64,000 nt of DNA. It comes from Opitutales bacterium. Lineage in GTDB: Bacteria > Verrucomicrobiota > Verrucomicrobiia > Opitutales > JABSRG01. The notes beneath the pieces are model-generated. The model was not told where the DNA came from, made no database searches, and was given only the letters and a program-made list of their open reading frames with translations. Positions 61,202 to 64,000 of this stretch are shown in pieces (position 1 is the first letter of the stretch; each line of letters opens with the position of its first letter). The stretch covers positions 1 through 64,000 of the forward strand of contig JBMYOQ010000013.1 in assembly GCA_049599475.1 (NCBI GenBank), read 5' to 3'. The position numbers and the translations under genes were made by a program.

Positions 61202-62032
61202 ATGCGGAAACGAATCATCGCATACCTAGCGACTTTTATCCCTCTGTTCATCATGATGTCTTACGTGGTCAACGCTCAGTTCTACCATCCCAATAATGAA
61301 GACTATGGGTCGCCTGCTAAATTTGGTCTGCAGCACGAAGATCTTCATTTTAAAAGCTCCGATGGCGTTCAGCTCCACGGCTGGTATATCCAAGCACAGC
61401 AGTCGCCCAAGAAGGGCACCATTCTACATTTCCACGGCAACGCTCAGAATATCTCAGCGCACCTGAATGGTGTCTATTGGCTAGCAGAGGCGGGTTATGA
61501 CCTCTACTTAATCGACTACCGAGGGTTCGGAAGATCGAAAGGTAAGCCTGACCAGAAAGGCGTATTTGCAGATTGTGTAGCGGCAATCGAACTGGTTCAA
61601 GCCAGGCTGAAGGACGGAGAGGGATTCGTGATCCTAGGACAGAGTATGGGAGCGGCCAACGCCATTGCCGTAAGCGGAGAGAAGAAATTTGAAAACCTAA
61701 GGGGCGTAATCGCCGAGGCTCCGTTTTACTCCTACCGCACAATCGCTAAGGACAAGGTGGGAGGCCTCTTAACCCCCCTCGTCGGCGTCTTTGTGAAAGA
61801 CCACAAGAGCCCTCACCTTGTGGTGGGAGATATCAGCCCGACTCCGCTTCTGATCGTCCACGGCACAGCGGATGTCGTAGTCCCCTACCAACACGGGAAA
61901 GATTTATACGAAGACGCAAAAGAACCCAAAGAATTGTGGACCGTGCCTGGGGCGGGTCATCTCGACATTTTCTACGATCCGGAAAACCAAAGCAAACTCC
62001 TTCAGTTACTAGAAATTTGGTTCAAAGAATAA
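61202..62032 (+). CDS. Alpha/beta hydrolase (YfhR-like)
   Basis: HFHGNA.N, DYRGFG.S, GQSMG, HGTAD.VV, GAGH. Confidence 0.92.
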   Translation: MRKRIIAYLATFIPLFIMMSYVVNAQFYHPNNEDYGSPAKFGLQHEDLHFKSSDGVQLHGWYIQAQQSPKKGTILHFHGNAQNISAHLNGVYWLAEAGYDLYLIDYRGFGRSKGKPDQKGVFADCVAAIELVQARLKDGEGFVILGQSMGAANAIAVSGEKKFENLRGVIAEAPFYSYRTIAKDKVGGLLTPLVGVFVKDHKSPHLVVGDISPTPLLIVHGTADVVVPYQHGKDLYEDAKEPKELWTVPGAGHLDIFYDPENQSKLLQLLEIWFKE

Positions 62033-62112
62033 ATCGAAACTGTAAAGCTCGAGCCACTTGTAGGCGGCAATTGCTCATTAGCGCCCGAGAGAGCGACACA
62101 GGAAACAGGATA

Positions 62113-62772
62113 CTAGCGTTTACCCCACAAGCGGTAACCGCCTTTGAACGCATTGGCATTCGTGCCTAGAATGCAATCTTCCGGGAGTTCTTTAAGCTCT
62201 TTGGCATTCCCTCCACCAAGCACAATATATTCGGCCTGCATAGCCATCTTCAGCATGGGCACGGCCTCGGCGACCAATTTACGCCACTTTTTCTTTCCAA
62301 GTTTTTCGAGGCTCCGGACGCCTAGCCATTCCTCAAATGTCTTACCCTTTTTGAAGGGTAGGTGGGCCAGCTCTAAGGGCTGCACCGTTTTATTGATTAC
62401 TAAGGCAGCTCCCAGGCCCGTTCCCAATCCGAGGAAGAGCATCCGGCCTCCGTTATAACTCCCCAGTGCCTGCATGGCAGCATCATTGATCATCTTGACT
62501 GGTTTTCCAAAGGCGCCTTCGAAATCGAAATCTACCCAACCGTCGCCCAGGTTTTTGGGCTCAATCAAAGGCTTCCCGTCAACCACGGGACCTGGGTAAC
62601 CGATGGAAATTACATCGAATACCCACCCTGCGGCCTGCGTCTGTTCCAAGACGGCAGTCACCATATCTTGCGGAGTCAATTCCGGCCCAGAGGGAATTTT
62701 GATCCTCTTTCTACGCCCTGTTGCCAGCAGTTTCACATTACTTCCCCCAATATCGACGACGAGCACTTTCAT
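62113..62772 (-). CDS. ROK family protein (polyphosphate glucokinase-like)
   Basis: VDIGGSNVK, GYPG, NDAAMQA, GLGTGLG, ELAH, LGGGN. Confidence 0.88.
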   Translation of the reverse strand: MKVLVVDIGGSNVKLLATGRRKRIKIPSGPELTPQDMVTAVLEQTQAAGWVFDVISIGYPGPVVDGKPLIEPKNLGDGWVDFDFEGAFGKPVKMINDAAMQALGSYNGGRMLFLGLGTGLGAALVINKTVQPLELAHLPFKKGKTFEEWLGVRSLEKLGKKKWRKLVAEAVPMLKMAMQAEYIVLGGGNAKELKELPEDCILGTNANAFKGGYRLWGKR

Positions 62773-62880
62773 AGACCCTAAAATCGGCATAACTTCCCAA
62801 AACACAAGATAGTTGAGTCGATACAAGTGATCTTGAAAAAACGTTCCACGAATGGGCATTTCCACTGCTTAGGAAAGGCG

Positions 62881-64000
62881 ATGCCCACTCACACATTTCG
62901 CTCTTTCGCAGTAGGATTCTGCCTTCTGCTCTCACTGCTTGTTTCCGTCTGCTTCGCCCAAAACGAAGAGGATCCTCAATTCCCCGGGGACGTAGACATA
63001 CAGTATCATATCCCCGTCCCGATGCGCGATGGCGTCACCCTCGCCACCGATGTTTACCTTCCAGATTCAGAAGGAGGCCCCTTCCCTACTCTATTTGTAA
63101 GGGATATGTATGGCAATGGAGGCGCCGCCGTCCGCCAGCGCTACGCCCGGCTCGCGACCTCCAACGGCTATGCATTCGTCTACCAAAGCGTTCGGGGTCG
63201 CTACGATTCCGAAGGTGCCTGGTATCCTTATTTCAATGAGCAGAACGACGGCGACGACGCCATATCCTGGATCGCCGAGCAAGCGTGGTCGGACGGCAAA
63301 GTCGGAATGTTCGGCAGCAGCTATTTGGCCTCAGTACAGTGGTTGGCCGCCCTTAATGACAACCCTGCCCTCGTCGCCATAGCTCCCTCGGTAAGCCCAG
63401 GCAACTACTACCGTGACGTCGCCTACCCAGGCGGTGCCTTCTCTCTCCTTAGTCGCGCCAGCTGGGGTATCGGTCTTGCCGGTAGTCGCACGAACATGAC
63501 ATTTCCCGTCGATTGGATTGGTGGCATCGACCACTTGCCCTTGAAGACCTTGGACCAATCACTGGGATTCAATATTCGGCACTTTCAAGACTGGCTGAAA
63601 CACCCCAGCTACGATAGCTATTGGCGCCCGCTCAACCTCGAAGCTCGAGCGACTGAAATGTCCGTTCCCGCTTTAAATATCGGCGGCTGGTTCGATGTAT
63701 TTCTGCGCAGCACGATAGGTAGTTACAAAACCATGACTGAACAAGCGCGGACCGAACTCGCGAGAGAAAACCAACGGCTCTTAATAGGCCCTTGGCCTCA
63801 CGGCTGGAATCGATCCACTCAAAATGGCGACCTAGATTTCGGACCTGATTCTCTCGTAGATTGGGATTCGCTGCACCTCGATTGGTTTGACCACTGGCTA
63901 AAAGGGGAGTCTCTCAGTGACGAGCCTCCCATAAAAATATTCGTCATGGGCGACAATGTTTGGAGGTATGAGAACGCCTGGCCGCTTGAGCGCACGGAGT
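62881..64000 (+). CDS. CocE/NonD family hydrolase, 3'-truncated by the window edge
   Basis: Not in the ORF track; hand translation gives a signal peptide, PMRDGVTLATDVYLP, RGRYDSEG, GKVGMFGSSY, GGWFD, IGPWPH. Confidence 0.9.
   Translation, partial: MPTHTFRSFAVGFCLLLSLLVSVCFAQNEEDPQFPGDVDIQYHIPVPMRDGVTLATDVYLPDSEGGPFPTLFVRDMYGNGGAAVRQRYARLATSNGYAFVYQSVRGRYDSEGAWYPYFNEQNDGDDAISWIAEQAWSDGKVGMFGSSYLASVQWLAALNDNPALVAIAPSVSPGNYYRDVAYPGGAFSLLSRASWGIGLAGSRTNMTFPVDWIGGIDHLPLKTLDQSLGFNIRHFQDWLKHPSYDSYWRPLNLEARATEMSVPALNIGGWFDVFLRSTIGSYKTMTEQARTELARENQRLLIGPWPHGWNRSTQNGDLDFGPDSLVDWDSLHLDWFDHWLKGESLSDEPPIKIFVMGDNVWRYENAWPLERTE

Overview
Bacterial window with about 45 genes. The gene content, repeat types, SD-poor starts and C-terminal surface-protein signature suggest Verrucomicrobiota (Opitutales-like); this is inference. 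In order: a four-gene TRAFAC-GTPase/GAP1-N2 module (GYF-coiled-coil, Zn-ribbon GTPase, GAP1-N2/M, membrane-anchored helical protein) preceded by a candidate four-hairpin C-rich-loop small RNA; a MacAB-TolC-type exporter; housekeeping genes (hisJ-like, pdxH, VOC, rpmA, rplU, icd, pyk); an SbtA-like bicarbonate permease; a CnrYXH-type ECF sensor cassette driving a CusCBA efflux pump from two matching, apparently leaderless promoters; a Wzc/short-OPX/beta-barrel polysaccharide export locus; dsbD; an archaeal-type riboflavin-kinase-like gene divergent from a LOV histidine kinase-response regulator-MCP operon next to crtI; an OFA transporter-pflB-pflA operon; an ECF/FecR-controlled pair of secreted glycan-active proteins; a candidate Fur-repressed sRNA; and hydrolase/ROK genes. 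No rRNA, tRNA, CRISPR array or transposase was recognised. All family assignments come from motif recognition by eye, not database searches.
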